From positions 6,076,001 to 6,140,000 of the forward strand of contig OX597834.1 in assembly GCA_951406725.2 (NCBI GenBank): 64,000 nt of DNA, read 5' to 3'. Positions 24,090 to 36,265 of this stretch are shown piece by piece (the stretch's first letter is position 1; the number at the start of each line of letters is the position of its first letter). The DNA comes from Octopus vulgaris (Eukaryota). Below the pieces are notes generated by a model. The model did no database searches and was not told the DNA's origin. It worked only from the letters and a program-made list of their open reading frames with translations. The position numbers were made by a program, and so were the translations under genes.

Positions 24090-24769
24090 GGGTATGTGCT
24101 GATCAAAATCTTGTAGAACGAAGTATTCTATTTTAAATAACATAAAAACATTTTGCCAATGGATTTTATTTCTGCATACATTTTTAAATTTGAAAAAAAA
24201 AATGCTCAGGAATTATTCCTCGACTTAATATATAAATACACACAGACACAGACACGCATGTACACACACACACAAACACACACACACACACACACATACA
24301 CACACACAAGTGCTCAGGTTGATTTATCATTGGGTGCATTAACGCAGCACCAGCATGGGTGCATTAGCGCAGCACTGGCACATGTGCGTTAACACAGCAC
24401 CATCATGGGTGCTTTGTAAGTGGCACTGGCACCTGAAGGGACAAGCCCATAAATTTGGAAGACAAGGATTTTACTTAGCTTAACATGTCTTATCAAGAAC
24501 TGCAAATTATCACATCTCCTGTGTCCCTTGTCGTTTCCTCACTGAGGGTCATTGTCCACAGAAGAACCTGTTTCTTTTGCACTCACCAAAGTGAATGCAG
24601 CTTTGGTCAGGAGGAACTGGTATCATCAGACAGTATCCAATGGTCATCAGGTGTTTCAAACTTCAATCATCACTCTCTCCCTTTGATGGGCCAGCAGATG
24701 TGGCCAAATCATTGCTCTTCATCACCTCCTGGTATATATGTGTGTGTGTGTGTGTGTGTAGATGCCAGT

Positions 24770-24985
24770 GCTATCTGAATGGCCCCTGTGCCAGTGGCAG
24801 GTAAAAAGCACCCACTACACTCTTGGAGTGGTTGGTGTTAGGAACGGCATCCAGCTGAAATGTTGCCAGATCAGATTGGACCCTGATGCAGCCTCCTCGC
24901 TTGCCAGTCTTTAGTCAAACCTCCAACTCATGCCAGCATCGAAAGTGGACATTAAATGATTGTGATGATGATGATGATGATGATA
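24770..24985 (+). mobile_element. SINE/repeat family C
   Basis: Core plus (GAT)n tail. Confidence 0.8.
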
Positions 24986-25199
24986 TATACACTCGACAAG
25001 CTTGTCTCAGTTTCTCTCTAACGAATCCTTTCAGAAGGCATCTGTTGGCCTAGGGTTATAGTAACTGTCATTTGCCCGATGCTGCACAGAATGGGACTGA
25101 ACCTGAAGACACATGGTTTGGAAGCGAGTTTCTTAACTGCACATCTATGCCTGCAACTATGCCAAGTCTACGACTATAAATAAACATGTAAATAAAACT

Positions 25200-25436
25200 A
25201 TAAATCTATATGCATATGAATACACATAGACGCATACACACATATATGCGTGTATGTGTGTGTGTTAATGCTCATGTGTGGATGTATATGCATATGTATA
25301 TATATATATATGTGTGTGTGTGTATATATGTATATATATATATGTGTATATATATATATATGTATATATATGTATATATATATATATGTATATATATGTA
25401 TATATATATATATGTATGTATATATATATAAATTAC

Positions 25437-25468
<32 letters not shown>

Positions 25469-25478
25469 TATACATACA
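25200..25478. repeat. (TA/TG/CA)n compound microsatellite
   Basis: Direct reading. Confidence 0.9.
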
Positions 25479-25915
25479 TTGATATGCTGGCTTGTAGACA
25501 AACACATACATCAGTAGTTCAGTGTTTTTATATTTTTGTATGACTGTTTTGTTAATATGTTTCTGAGAATATAATTGGGTTTTCCTTTGAAGAGACTATA
25601 ATAGGAAAAGCTTTAACAAATAATAAATATGAATGGATTTTGCAATACAATGGCAAACCTTTATAGTGAATAGGATAAGTATTTTGATTGCAAGTTGTGA
25701 CTTTTTTTCTTTCTTTCTTTTACATGGAATTTGTAGGGGCTACACAAACTCTTTTCATTTCATCATTTAACAATCAACAAAGCTTCGGAGATACATCATA
25801 CATATCTGAAAATCTTTTATTTGATATAAACACAGATTTGCCTTTATCATATATACATGTGTGTGATATATATATATATGTGTGTGGGTATGTGTTATTT
25901 ATACACATGGTTATA

Positions 25916-26120
25916 TGGAGGTGCGTGGCTCAGTGGTTAAAGTGTACCACTTTAATTTTGAAATTGTGAGTTTAATTCCCGGATGAGGCAATGCATTGTG
26001 CTCTTCAGAAATGCAATTCATTACATGTTGCTCCTGTTCACTCAGCTGACAAAATTTAGTAAGCCTGTGATAGACTGGTGTCCCATCCAGGGGAGTAGGT
26101 ATGCCACAGAATCTGCGAAA
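25916..26120 (+). mobile_element. Old tRNA-head SINE with V-domain-like GACTGGTGTCCCATCCAGGGG
   Basis: A-box GTGGCTCAGTGG; similar motif at ~11178. Confidence 0.45.
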
Positions 26121-26127
26121 CCATATA

Positions 26128-26639
26128 TACTCTTTTACTTGTTTCAGTCATTTGACTGCGGCCATGCTGGAGCACCGCCTTTAGTCAAGCAAATCGACCC
26201 CCCCGGGACTTATTCTTTGTAAGCCCAGTACTTATTCTATCGGTCTCTTTTGCTGAACCGCTAAGTTACGGGGACATAAACGCACCAGCATCGGTTGTCA
26301 ACCAATGCTAGGGGGACAAACACAGACACACAAACACATGCACACATACATATATATATATATATACATATATACGACAGGCTTCTTTCAGTTTCCGTCT
26401 ACCAAATCCACTCACAAGGCTTAGGTCGGGCCGAGGCTATAGTAGAAGACACTTGCCCAAGATGCCACGCAGTGGGACTGAACCCGGAACCATGTGGCTG
26501 GTAAGCAAGCTATTCACCACACAGCCACTCCTGCGCTGCATTTAGCACCCAAACTCTTAGCAGAATGTTGAAACCAGCCTGAACCCGGAACCATGTGGTT
26601 GGTTAGCAAGCAACTTACCACACAACCACTCCTGCGCCT
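26128..26639 (-). mobile_element. SINE family A with duplicated head and 45-bp foreign insert
   Basis: Copy ends ~26535, insert to 26579, second head to 26639. Confidence 0.85.
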
Positions 26640-27125
26640 TTATATATATATATAATGCAAAAAAGAAAATGGAGAAACAAATTTAGTTTGTTCATCAACT
26701 TTCGGATATTAGAATGTTGGATTATTTATTCATTCAACAAAATGAGAACCTCAGTATTATACATCTATACCAACAGTATATTGGATAAATACTATCCCAT
26801 AGTGGGTTACACCCACAACCCCTATCTTACTTTGTATTTATATATATTTAGTAGAAATATGTTACAAAAGGAAAATATAAAATACACGTGGAAATGTAAG
26901 GGGAAAATAAGAAAAATCAATGAAAATGCACATTGTAAATAAAAAAAAGTCTTTTTATGACAGGTAACGACAACAGATATATACAATTAGATGAACTGAG
27001 GTAGTAATAAGAGTCATAAAAGTCATAAAAGTCATTATTATGAGATGATTAAAAAGTCAGAAAGCAAAGCATACCATGGTTTCATGAAAGCTATTCATTG
27101 CTTTGAATAAGCACTGGCTAAAATT

Positions 27126-27158
<33 letters not shown>

Positions 27159-27163
<5 letters not shown>

Positions 27164-27352
27164 TCATAAATAAGGGCAAACCCTGAAATCGGTCCGATAT
27201 GTTAATAATGGAATTTTTTTGAAATTTTTGTCCAACTTTTTTCGAGTAGTGTGCGTAATGTGAAAAAATTATATGGTTAATGGACAATATGTCCAAATTT
27301 TCGGCATATTTGGCATTATAAATTTTTTCATTTGCCCTTATTTATGAATTGT
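27159..27352. mobile_element. MITE-like segment with 22-bp terminal inverted repeats
   Basis: ACAATTCATAAATAAGGGCAAA ... TTTGCCCTTATTTATGAATTGT. Confidence 0.55.
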
Positions 27353-27436
27353 TTATAATTTTAACCTTTAAAGGTATTTTTTAATATGCTGGCCATTGAT
27401 AAAATTTTTTTTTGAAAAAAATTTTATCCTACATTT

Positions 27437-27439
<3 letters not shown>

Positions 27440-27522
<83 letters not shown>

Positions 27523-27571
27523 GTAGGTAGGTAGGTAGGTAGGTAGGTAGGTAGGTAGGTAGGTAGGTAGG

Positions 27572-27652
<81 letters not shown>
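27440..27652. repeat. (TA)n-(TAGA)n-(TAGG)n-(TAGA)n compound microsatellite
   Basis: Direct reading. Confidence 0.95.
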
Positions 27653-27653
<1 letters not shown>

Positions 27654-27764
27654 TAAGGTGTCCCCAAAAAATGTATACACACTTTAAATAATTCTAAAGT
27701 AGGTGCTTATTAAAATACATTTCATTTTCAAAATTTAATAGAATCTGCAGACATTATTTTATTG

Positions 27765-27970
27765 CACACATCAATAGTAATAGGGATGCTGAGGCAGAGT
27801 TTACTGCATCAAAGAAAGTTGTTGTAAGAGATTGAAGAAAGCAAAAAGAATCTTTCATAAAAATGCCAAATATATAAAACAAAAAAAAATACTTAAATGA
27901 AAGCTTTGCATCCTGAGCTGGAGAAAGAACTGTTTGAATGTGTCAGTAATAAGAAGATTAGAGGCTTATT
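27765..27970 (+). pseudogene. pogo-type transposase N-terminal (HTH/CENP-B-like) remnant
   Basis: AEAEF...VVRD*RKQKESFIKMP...HPELEKELFECVSNKKIRGL. Confidence 0.5.
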
Positions 27971-28024
27971 GTATATGTGTGTGTGTGAGAGAATGTTTAT
28001 ATATATATATATATATATGCATGT

Positions 28025-28059
<35 letters not shown>

Positions 28060-28304
28060 TATGTTTTATTATTATTTTGCAATTTACTTAATCATCAGTA
28101 TATTATTGTTATTTTAATTTTAATATTTCCATTATATGTAATTTTTTAGATGGTGTAATTTAATTGTTCATTTTGAATTGATAATAGGTGTTTTTTTCTA
28201 ATTTTTATATATATATATTATATTTTGGGAAATTTGATTTAGTATTTCTAAATTGAATTTTTCCCTGTAAGTTAGGAATAATATTCCCTCAAATTATTAT
28301 TATG

Positions 28305-28334
<30 letters not shown>

Positions 28335-28338
<4 letters not shown>

Positions 28339-28950
28339 CAGATGAGTGTGTGTATGCATGTTATGGCTTTCCACAATTTTCAACCGATTTTGCGCAAACT
28401 TGACACACTGATAGCTTATGCTCAAAGGTGGTCATGGCCTACTATATATTTTCCAGATCACCCATGTCTAACCAAAAATTGTGAAAAACTGTTCAGAAAA
28501 CCAGTTTTTTGCTCATAACTCCCTGGCTTTTTGAGCGATTCCCTCCAAATTTGACGTGAACATTTCTCATGAGATAAGAATTGTTTTACTTAAAATTTTT
28601 GTCAAGGTCCTGTGCGTTAATTGTGAAAAATCTGTGTAAAAATTGTTTTCTTGCCAATAACTTCCACGGTTTCCAACCGATTTGCTCCAAATTTGGCACA
28701 AACATTACTCATGCTTTAAGAATCGTTTTAAACTTCTGTTTTTGTCATGTCAGTCTGTGTTGAATGGGAAAACTCTGTGAATAACTGCATAAAATTTGTT
28801 TTTTTGCCAATAACTTCTGCAGTTCCAAAACCAATTCGATTCAAATTTGGCAAGAATATTACCCATGCTTAAATGACTGTTTTGTCAATTTTATTCGCAT
28901 TAAATTTGCAATTTACTGGATTAAACATAGTTTTTTGCTTACAACTTCTT
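28335..28950 (+). mobile_element. Helitron/Helentron-like non-autonomous element with ~150-bp internal repeats
   Basis: AACCGATTT...AAA(C/T)TTG(A/G)CAC motif repeated; three diverged units at ~28495, 28640 and 28792. Confidence 0.5.
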
Positions 28951-29233
28951 CCCACCCACAATAATCGCCTACGGTCATGATGCCCCCACCCACTTCAGCA
29001 CAAATTTTCTTTAATTACCCTGTGCTCATGGAGCGATGACACAGGGGGAACTACAAGCATGACCTTTGACATGTGGGCATGAACCCTATTAATGCGCAGC
29101 CCCTGCTATTTTTTATCTATGTCCCACATTTTGAAATACTTGCAATTTGTGTTTTTACTGCTTATATTTGCTTCACCTGATATATTTTTGAAATTAAGTA
29201 TTTTAATATACAAAATATATTTCACATTATTGT

Positions 29234-29372
29234 AGCTTGCTTACCAACCACATGGTTCCGGGTTCAGTCCCACTGCGTGGCACCTTGGGCAAGTTTCTTC
29301 TGCTATAGCCTCAGGCCGACCAAAGCCTTGTGAGTGGATTTGGTAGACGGAAACTGGAAGAAGCCCGTCGTA

Positions 29373-29403
<31 letters not shown>

Positions 29404-29633
29404 GCATGTGTGTGTTTGTGTGTCTGTGTTTGTCACCCTAGCATTGCTTGACAACCGATGCTGGTGTGTTTATGTCCTCGTTACTTAGCGGTTCGGCAAA
29501 AGAGACCGATAGAATAAGTACTGGGCTTACAAAAGAATAAGTCCTGGTGTCGAGTTGCTCGACTAAAGTCGCTGCTCCAGCATGGCCGCAGTCAAATGAC
29601 TGAAACAAGTAAAAGAGTAAAAGAGTAAAGAGA
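29234..29633 (+). mobile_element. SINE family A
   Basis: Slightly 5'-truncated copy. Confidence 0.9.
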
Positions 29634-29988
29634 ATACGTTTCTCATTTAATTCAAATAAATAATGTTTTTAGTTTTCTACGAAGTGATGTGAATTTTAAA
29701 GTTGTTAAAGGAAAAAAAATATTCAATTTTTCTATCTGACAACTATGTTGAACAGATAAGAATTTAATTAATTAATCAAATATAATTAAGAGAAACCCTA
29801 TTTTTCTAATACGAAATTGTCGATCTGCTTGCACTCTGACATTTTTTTTTTCTTTATTATCAGCTCTGTGTATTATGTCAAATCAACTAGAAACAAAAGT
29901 GAGGAAAATTTCAGATTTCTTCAGTACTGCATCATGTCAAAAGAATGCAGGACCTTCGAAGATTGCAGAGATGTAATTCAGTGAAAAA

Positions 29989-30385
29989 TCTTTATATATA
30001 AAAGAGGGGTTGTGTGCTGTCTGTCTCCTACGATTTAGATTCCTAACTATTCCCACATTTTGCGGTGCAGTTTAACCAAAACCGGGTATCTTATAGTCGT
30101 GATTCATATCGAGCCCTTCTGGGTATTAGCGCGTGTCTACGATGAGTCTACGATTTAAAAAAAATTTACCATCAATTTTTCCCATTTTTAATGCATTTTT
30201 GGCATATATAAGGGAAGTAACTCTCTAAAAATTTATTATTAAATCTCAGAACGTAAAAAGCTACAGTAACAACCCCCTCCTTTGTGGTTAGCCATATTAA
30301 GATGGCTATTATACTTTACATCTCTAAAAATGGTTATATAATTATTTCCCTTACAAACCCGAGCAACGCCGGGCGATACTGCTAG
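29989..30385 (+). mobile_element. Non-autonomous Helitron
   Basis: A|TCTTTATATATAAA start, CCCGAGCAACGCCGGG hairpin, CTAG|T end; interrupts the hAT reading frame. Confidence 0.85.
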
Positions 30386-30849
30386 TTAATGATAAAGCAC
30401 TTCCAAAGTATCAAGAAGTGTCTTTGCATGTTCGCACATCACAAAAACAATTTGTGCTTGGAAAGACGTTCGTCTTTCCCAAAGATGCAAAGAAATGCCC
30501 CCACTGCCAGTCTGGTTGAAGAAAGCCCAGTGGCTTCATAATGATATTCAGCATGATGCTGTTAGCTGTTTTTATGTCAAAGGAGTTCAGCATAACAGAT
30601 TACAATACCTAAGGAAACTGTCTTCTTGACTTGTGTATGAAATTGGGACAACATCACATGAAACATTCCTGCACATAGCTGTTCAGGTCAGCACACGAAA
30701 ACAGTACTTTGGGCCAAAGACAGACATATCCGTGACTCTGAATAAATAGACAATTCAGTCACAAGAAGTGGCCTAGCAAGCATTAAACACTATTTTCAAG
30801 GGGGTCAGATTCTGCGGTAAGCAAGGCCTAACATTACGAGGGCATGAGC

Positions 30850-30853
30850 ATCG

Positions 30854-30893
<40 letters not shown>

Positions 30894-31275
30894 TTAACGT
30901 CCGCTTTACATGCTAGCATGGGTTGGACGATTTGACTGAGGTCTGGCGAACCAGGCTCCAGTCTGATCTGGCAGAGTTTCTACAGCTGGATGCCCTTCCT
31001 AACGCCAACCCATTTCCCATTTCTTTATTACCCACAAGGGGCTAAACATAGAAGGGACAAACAAGGACAGACATAGGTATTAAGTCGATTACATCGACCC
31101 CAGTGCGTAACTGGTACTTAATTTATCGACCCCGAAAGGACGAAAAGTAAAGTCGACCTCGGCGGAATTTGAACTCACAACGTAACAGCAGACGAAATAC
31201 CGCTAAGCATTTCGCCCGACGTGCTAACGCCAACCACTCCGAGAGTGTAATCATCATTATTTAATGTCCGCTTGT
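30850..31275 (-). mobile_element. Family C copy with nested SINE B (31015-31231)
   Basis: CTAACGCCAACC resumes after the B insertion. Confidence 0.85.
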
Positions 31276-31662
31276 CGTCATGACACAGGAAACTTTGTAT
31301 ATCTTATAAAAGAACTTGCCAAAGAATGTAGTGCAGAAGTAAGTCAGTGGGTTAAAAAATCAAGGTAATTACCTATTTGATTCCATACAAAATGAAATCC
31401 TACAGGAATATGCTCATACCATTTTGCATGAGATCAGAAAAAAAATATTAAAGATTCCATATTTATTGGTATTGAACGTGATGGCACCACTGTTTGCTCT
31501 CGCATGGGACAAGAATCAATCATTGTCCATTATGTTTCTGAAGACTTGGATACCTACAAGGATTTTGTCAATTTTTATAATTCTCCTGACTGCTCTTTGG
31601 AGACACTAAGGTTATTCTGGACAATTTTTTGCCACTTAAACATTTCACTTGACTCAAAATTA

Positions 31663-31898
31663 TACCTATTTCTTTATTACCCACAAGGGGTTAAACATAC
31701 AGGGGACAAACAAGGACAGACATAGGTATTAAGTCGATTATATCGACCCCAGCGCGTAACTGGTACTTATTTACTCGATCCCGAAAGGATGAAAGTCAAA
31801 GTCGTCCTCGGCGGAATTTGAACTCACAACGTAACGACAGACGAAATACCGCTAAGCATTTGGCCCGGCGCACTAACAACTCTGCCAGCTCACCGCCT
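31663..31898 (-). mobile_element. SINE family B
   Basis: TSD TTGACTCAAAATTATACC at 31649 and 31899. Confidence 0.9.
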
Positions 31899-32383
31899 TT
31901 GACTCAAAATTATACCGTTTTTCATTTGTTTCTGCAAGAAACTCGAGTGGAAATATTTCAGGCATTAAAAGGTCACAAGACATGTTTCCTTTTACATATT
32001 TTGTGCATTGTAGAAACCACTCTCTGGACCTTGTCCTCCAAGACGTTGGCTCCATGGTTGCCATTGGTGCTGATGCACTGAATTTTGTTCACCAGTGTGC
32101 TGCTCTTCTGAAAGAGGTACCCAAACAGAAAAGCACAATGGACAATTCTTTATCTTGAGAAGGTCATGTTGCAAGCCATGAATCCAACTCGTTAGTGCAT
32201 TAGAGCAACAGCACTGAAACAGGTAGAAATAAGCTATAAGAAGATTAAGGAATTCTTTCTGGGGCTTCCAAATGATGCGTCACTAGGAGCAACAACAAAG
32301 GTTATTGTCAAATGGCAGCTGAAACAATATGGCAAAGCTTTCACTTCGTTTGGTATCAAAGTGGTTGGGAATGTATTTGGAAT

Positions 32384-32578
32384 ACTCTTTTACTCTTTTA
32401 CTTGTTTCAGTCATTTGACTGCAGCCATGCTGGAGCACCACCTTTAGTCAAACACATCGACCCCGGGACTTATTCTTTGTAAGCCCAGTACTTATTCTAT
32501 CGGTCTCTTTTTGCCAAACCGCTAAGTGACGGGGACGTAAACACACCAGCATCGGTTGTCAAGCAATGTTGGGGGACA
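32384..32578 (-). mobile_element. SINE family A, 3' half
   Basis: 5'-truncated copy. Confidence 0.85.
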
Positions 32579-32896
32579 GTGTGAACAGTAAGAAGAACTA
32601 TGTTAAAAAATGAACTTCATTTGGTCCCATTCCATGAGAGTGTTTTCCTCAGCCTACGCACATTTCAGCCGACACTCATGATAGTAAAAATTATTATTAT
32701 ACCTGCATTTATATTAATATTAACATTGAGAAAATCTAATTTCTTCATAAAAAAATTTGGGCCTGGGTTTGCACCCACTAAGCAAATTTCGTTCCCAGGT
32801 ACTGTGTGTGCACATGTATGTGTGTAGGTGTGTGTGTGTGTGTGCACATGTGTGTGTATAATATACATGTACATATATATGTATTATGTATGTGTA

Positions 32897-32934
<38 letters not shown>

Positions 32935-33294
32935 CTAGCAGTATCGCCCAGCGTTGCTCGGGTTTGTAAGGGAAATAACTATAAAGCATTTTTAGAGAGT
33001 TATAGCCAAAAAATTATGGTAAATTTTTTTTTTAGTTAAAAAGGTCGAGTTGCGTCCCCTAGACAGTCTGTGGTTTGTGTTTCTGATTCTCGACCCCATG
33101 TCGAATTTATCGATTTTTTTTCAGAACTGGGGGAACTTTTCAAAATTTTCGTTGCGTTAGTTTTGAATTATGACATTGGGCTATGTGTGTGTCAAGTTTC
33201 ATCAGAATCGGTTGAAAGCCGTGGTCAGGGTGAGGGTACGAGAAAACAGACACACAGAAACACACACAGACAAACTGCCTTTTATATATAGAGA
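32935..33294 (-). mobile_element. Non-autonomous Helitron
   Basis: Minus strand TCTCTATATATAAAA ... CCCGAGCAACGCTGGGCGATACTGCTAG. Confidence 0.8.
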
Positions 33295-33296
33295 AA

Positions 33297-33327
<31 letters not shown>

Positions 33328-34134
33328 ATATGTATGTGTGTATAGTGAGAGAAAGGGCTTCACACACACACACACACACATACACACAAATATAAACATA
33401 TATAGAGGCATCTTCCGCACTAACAGAATTATGCATTATTGAAAATCTTGCCATAATGCAAAAATCCCTTAATGCAAGTGATTTCCATATAAATTGCGAT
33501 GCATTCTGAAGGAACACTTACGAAAACAAAACAAAACAACAATAATTAATACAATATCTTTTATGCAGAGAAGCATCAGTTTCGAAAGACCCAAACAGCA
33601 GAGTATGTATGCATAAAACCGTTTTAAGTGAAATACATCAGGGAAGGAATCAGAAAATACGGTAATATCAGAGAATGGTAACCACTACCTATAAATGATA
33701 TTGACAGCTGTGTGATGGGAGATGTTGCATTGTGAGTTACTGGGAAGCGAAAGGAGCTCTATCTTCTGCCTAATAGACCTGCAGCATCTGCTACAGGGAT
33801 GAAGAAAGAATCCAGATTTGTTTGTTGTTTATGATGCATCATCTCTTTGTACTGGTCATTGCAGAAACTTTGCTTGTCATTTTAAGTCGTGCTGCTGACT
33901 CAAATACAATGGTTGGTGCTTCTATATTCTCTTCTTGTCCAGCAGTCTGCTTTTATTCTAAAGCCTGTAACTTTTCCTGTCAACCCTCAGAACTCAACTA
34001 CAGAATCCTCTACGATTCTTTCAACTAGTACATCATTTGCCAATCTTAGGATACCTTCCAGATCTTGATGTAGGCTTTTTGCTGATCAAAGAAAAAAACC
34101 CCTGTTACATCATAGTTATAATCTTGCCATATAT

Positions 34135-34368
34135 ATATTTCTTTATTGCCCACAAATGGCTAAACACAGAGGGGACAAACAAGGACAGACACACGGATTA
34201 AGTCGATTACATCGACCCCAGTATGTAACTGGTACTTAATTTATCGACCCCAAAAGGATGAAAGGCAAAGTCGACCTCAGCGGAATTTAAACTCACAACA
34301 TAATGGCAGACGAAATACCGTTAAGCATTTCGCCCGGCATGCTAATGATTCTGCCAGCTCGCCACCTT
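34135..34368 (-). mobile_element. SINE family B
   Basis: TSD TCTTGCCATATATATAT on both sides. Confidence 0.9.
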
Positions 34369-34785
34369 TCTTGCCATATATATATATATTAGTTTCTCAC
34401 TTTGGCACAAGGCCAGCGATTTTGAGGGAGAGGTGGGTAAGTTGATTACATTGACACCAGTGTTCAACTGGTACTTATGGATCCCAGTGGATTAAAGGCA
34501 AAGTTGATCTTGGCAAAATTTGAACTCAGAATGCTGGAAGAAATTCTGCTAAACATTTTGTTTGTCATGTTAATGATTCTGCGACTTTGCTGCCTTGTCT
34601 TACCATTTATATTGCCCACTGCTATTCATAAGGCTTCCATTTCATCCCAAGTCTCAGCTAAGTTATCCCCTACAATCATAACATTCGACATTTCTCAGAA
34701 GTACTTTTCTATGTTGCTTCAAAGTTCTCAGACTGAGTGGGAGAAGGACATCAGAACACCAGAATCCTCTTGTGACCTATATAAG

Positions 34786-35200
34786 CTCTTTACTCTTTAC
34801 TCTTTTACTTGTTTCAGTCATTTGACTGTGGCCATGCTGGAGCACTGCCTTTAGTCGAGTAAATCGATCCCAGGACTTATTCTTTGTAAGCCCAGTACTT
34901 ATTCTATCAGTCTCTTTTGCTGAACCGCTAAGTGACGGGGATGTAAACACACCAGCATCGGTTGTCAAGCAATGCTAAGGGGACAAACACAAACACACAC
35001 ACATATACACACACATACATATATATATATACATATATACGACAGGTTTCTTTCAGTTTCCATCTACCAAATCCACTCACAAGGCATTAGTTGGCCCGGG
35101 GCTATAGCAGAAGACACTTGCCCAAGATGCCACGCAGTGGGACTGAACCCGGAACCATGTGGTTGGTAAGCAAGCTACTCACCACACAGCCACTCCTGCA
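34786..35200 (-). mobile_element. SINE family A
   Basis: Full copy. Confidence 0.9.
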
Positions 35201-36265
35201 CTGCATTTAGCACCCAAACTCTTTGCAGAATGTTGAAACCAGCCTCTTGCCATGCAGAATGTTGATGCAGCTGTGTGTTGTGTCTTCATTCTTGGTTGTG
35301 CACAGAATTGAATAGTGATATCTGAATGGCAAAACACAGGATCAAATCGAAAATCATTGAATAATACGTGTCTGGAAGCCTCCAAAGCCTGGTGCTGATT
35401 TTACTTCTCATAAAGTCCTAGGAAGCATTCAATTCCAGAAAAGCTCCGTTTTATCAACATAGAATTCTTGTTCTGGTGTACAGCCTCTTTTGGCAACAAT
35501 TTTACTTTTGCCATTCCCTGGATAATTAGCAGCAATGTTCCTATCAACATTTTCAGCCCTACAGTCAGGATAAAATTGCGCAACGTAAAGTACCATTCAA
35601 ACAAGCCTTAACTGGCAGGAAAAATGTTTTGTGTCACAAGTTGTACCTTCTACTTTTCTGCAAATTGTCATACAAACGTATAGCTTAACCTTGAATGCCT
35701 ATTATGTTTCTCAGTACTCACTCTCTTACACACACACCACACATGTATGTATATTTATACAGATGCACAAACATAGTCAAATGTATTATTTACATATAAC
35801 TGCAAATATGATATGAGATGAGAGCAACTGCAAGAAAACTGTAACAAATTACATTAGGAAAACTATCCAGAGGATAACAAAAGGGATTGTGGAAAACTGG
35901 CATAAGGACGAAGAAGAGAAACCTACACAGGTTGTGTGTCGACATACATACAAGAAACTTAATGACATGCTGAAAAATACAGAAATAAAAATCATATTAA
36001 TATGCCCGTGGGGTATCATATTATGATAAGAAAAAGAGGCTGGCTTTGCACCTATTGCAAACAAGCAGCAAACTAATGAGAAATATGATAAGAGTATCAA
36101 CAATGTTAGCGCTGCTACCATGACTCTTACCATAAATGGCTCAGGTGTGTGTACGTGGCTGAGTATATCACTATGGGTATCTTGTAAAAACAACCCCAGC
36201 ACCTGTGTTGACGCTATGTAAATGTGCCTGTTTTGGTGTTGCCTAAAAGTGTGTACTGATTCCAC

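Larger units (their letters stand above)
29875..32383 (+). pseudogene. hAT transposase remnant (ZMYM1/DUF4371-like) split by several insertions
   Basis: WLHNDIQHDAVSCF; VRFCGKQGLTLRGHE; SIQNEILQEYAH; DGTT..QESIIVHYVSEDL; HCRNHSLDLVLQD; NPTR*CIR. Confidence 0.85.
33780..35620 (-). pseudogene. Tigger/pogo transposase remnant interrupted by SINEs
   Basis: FYVDKTELFWN*MLPRTL..KSAPGF; AETWDEM; C-terminal YKEMMHHKQQTNLDSFF. Confidence 0.65.

Noticed and set aside
27520-27572. (TAGG)n as an interstitial telomere
   Set aside because: Four-base unit derived from flanking (TAGA)n, not TTAGGG or TTAGG
35840-36200. Purine-rich, coding-looking stretch on plus
   Set aside because: Contains in-frame stops and I recognise no family
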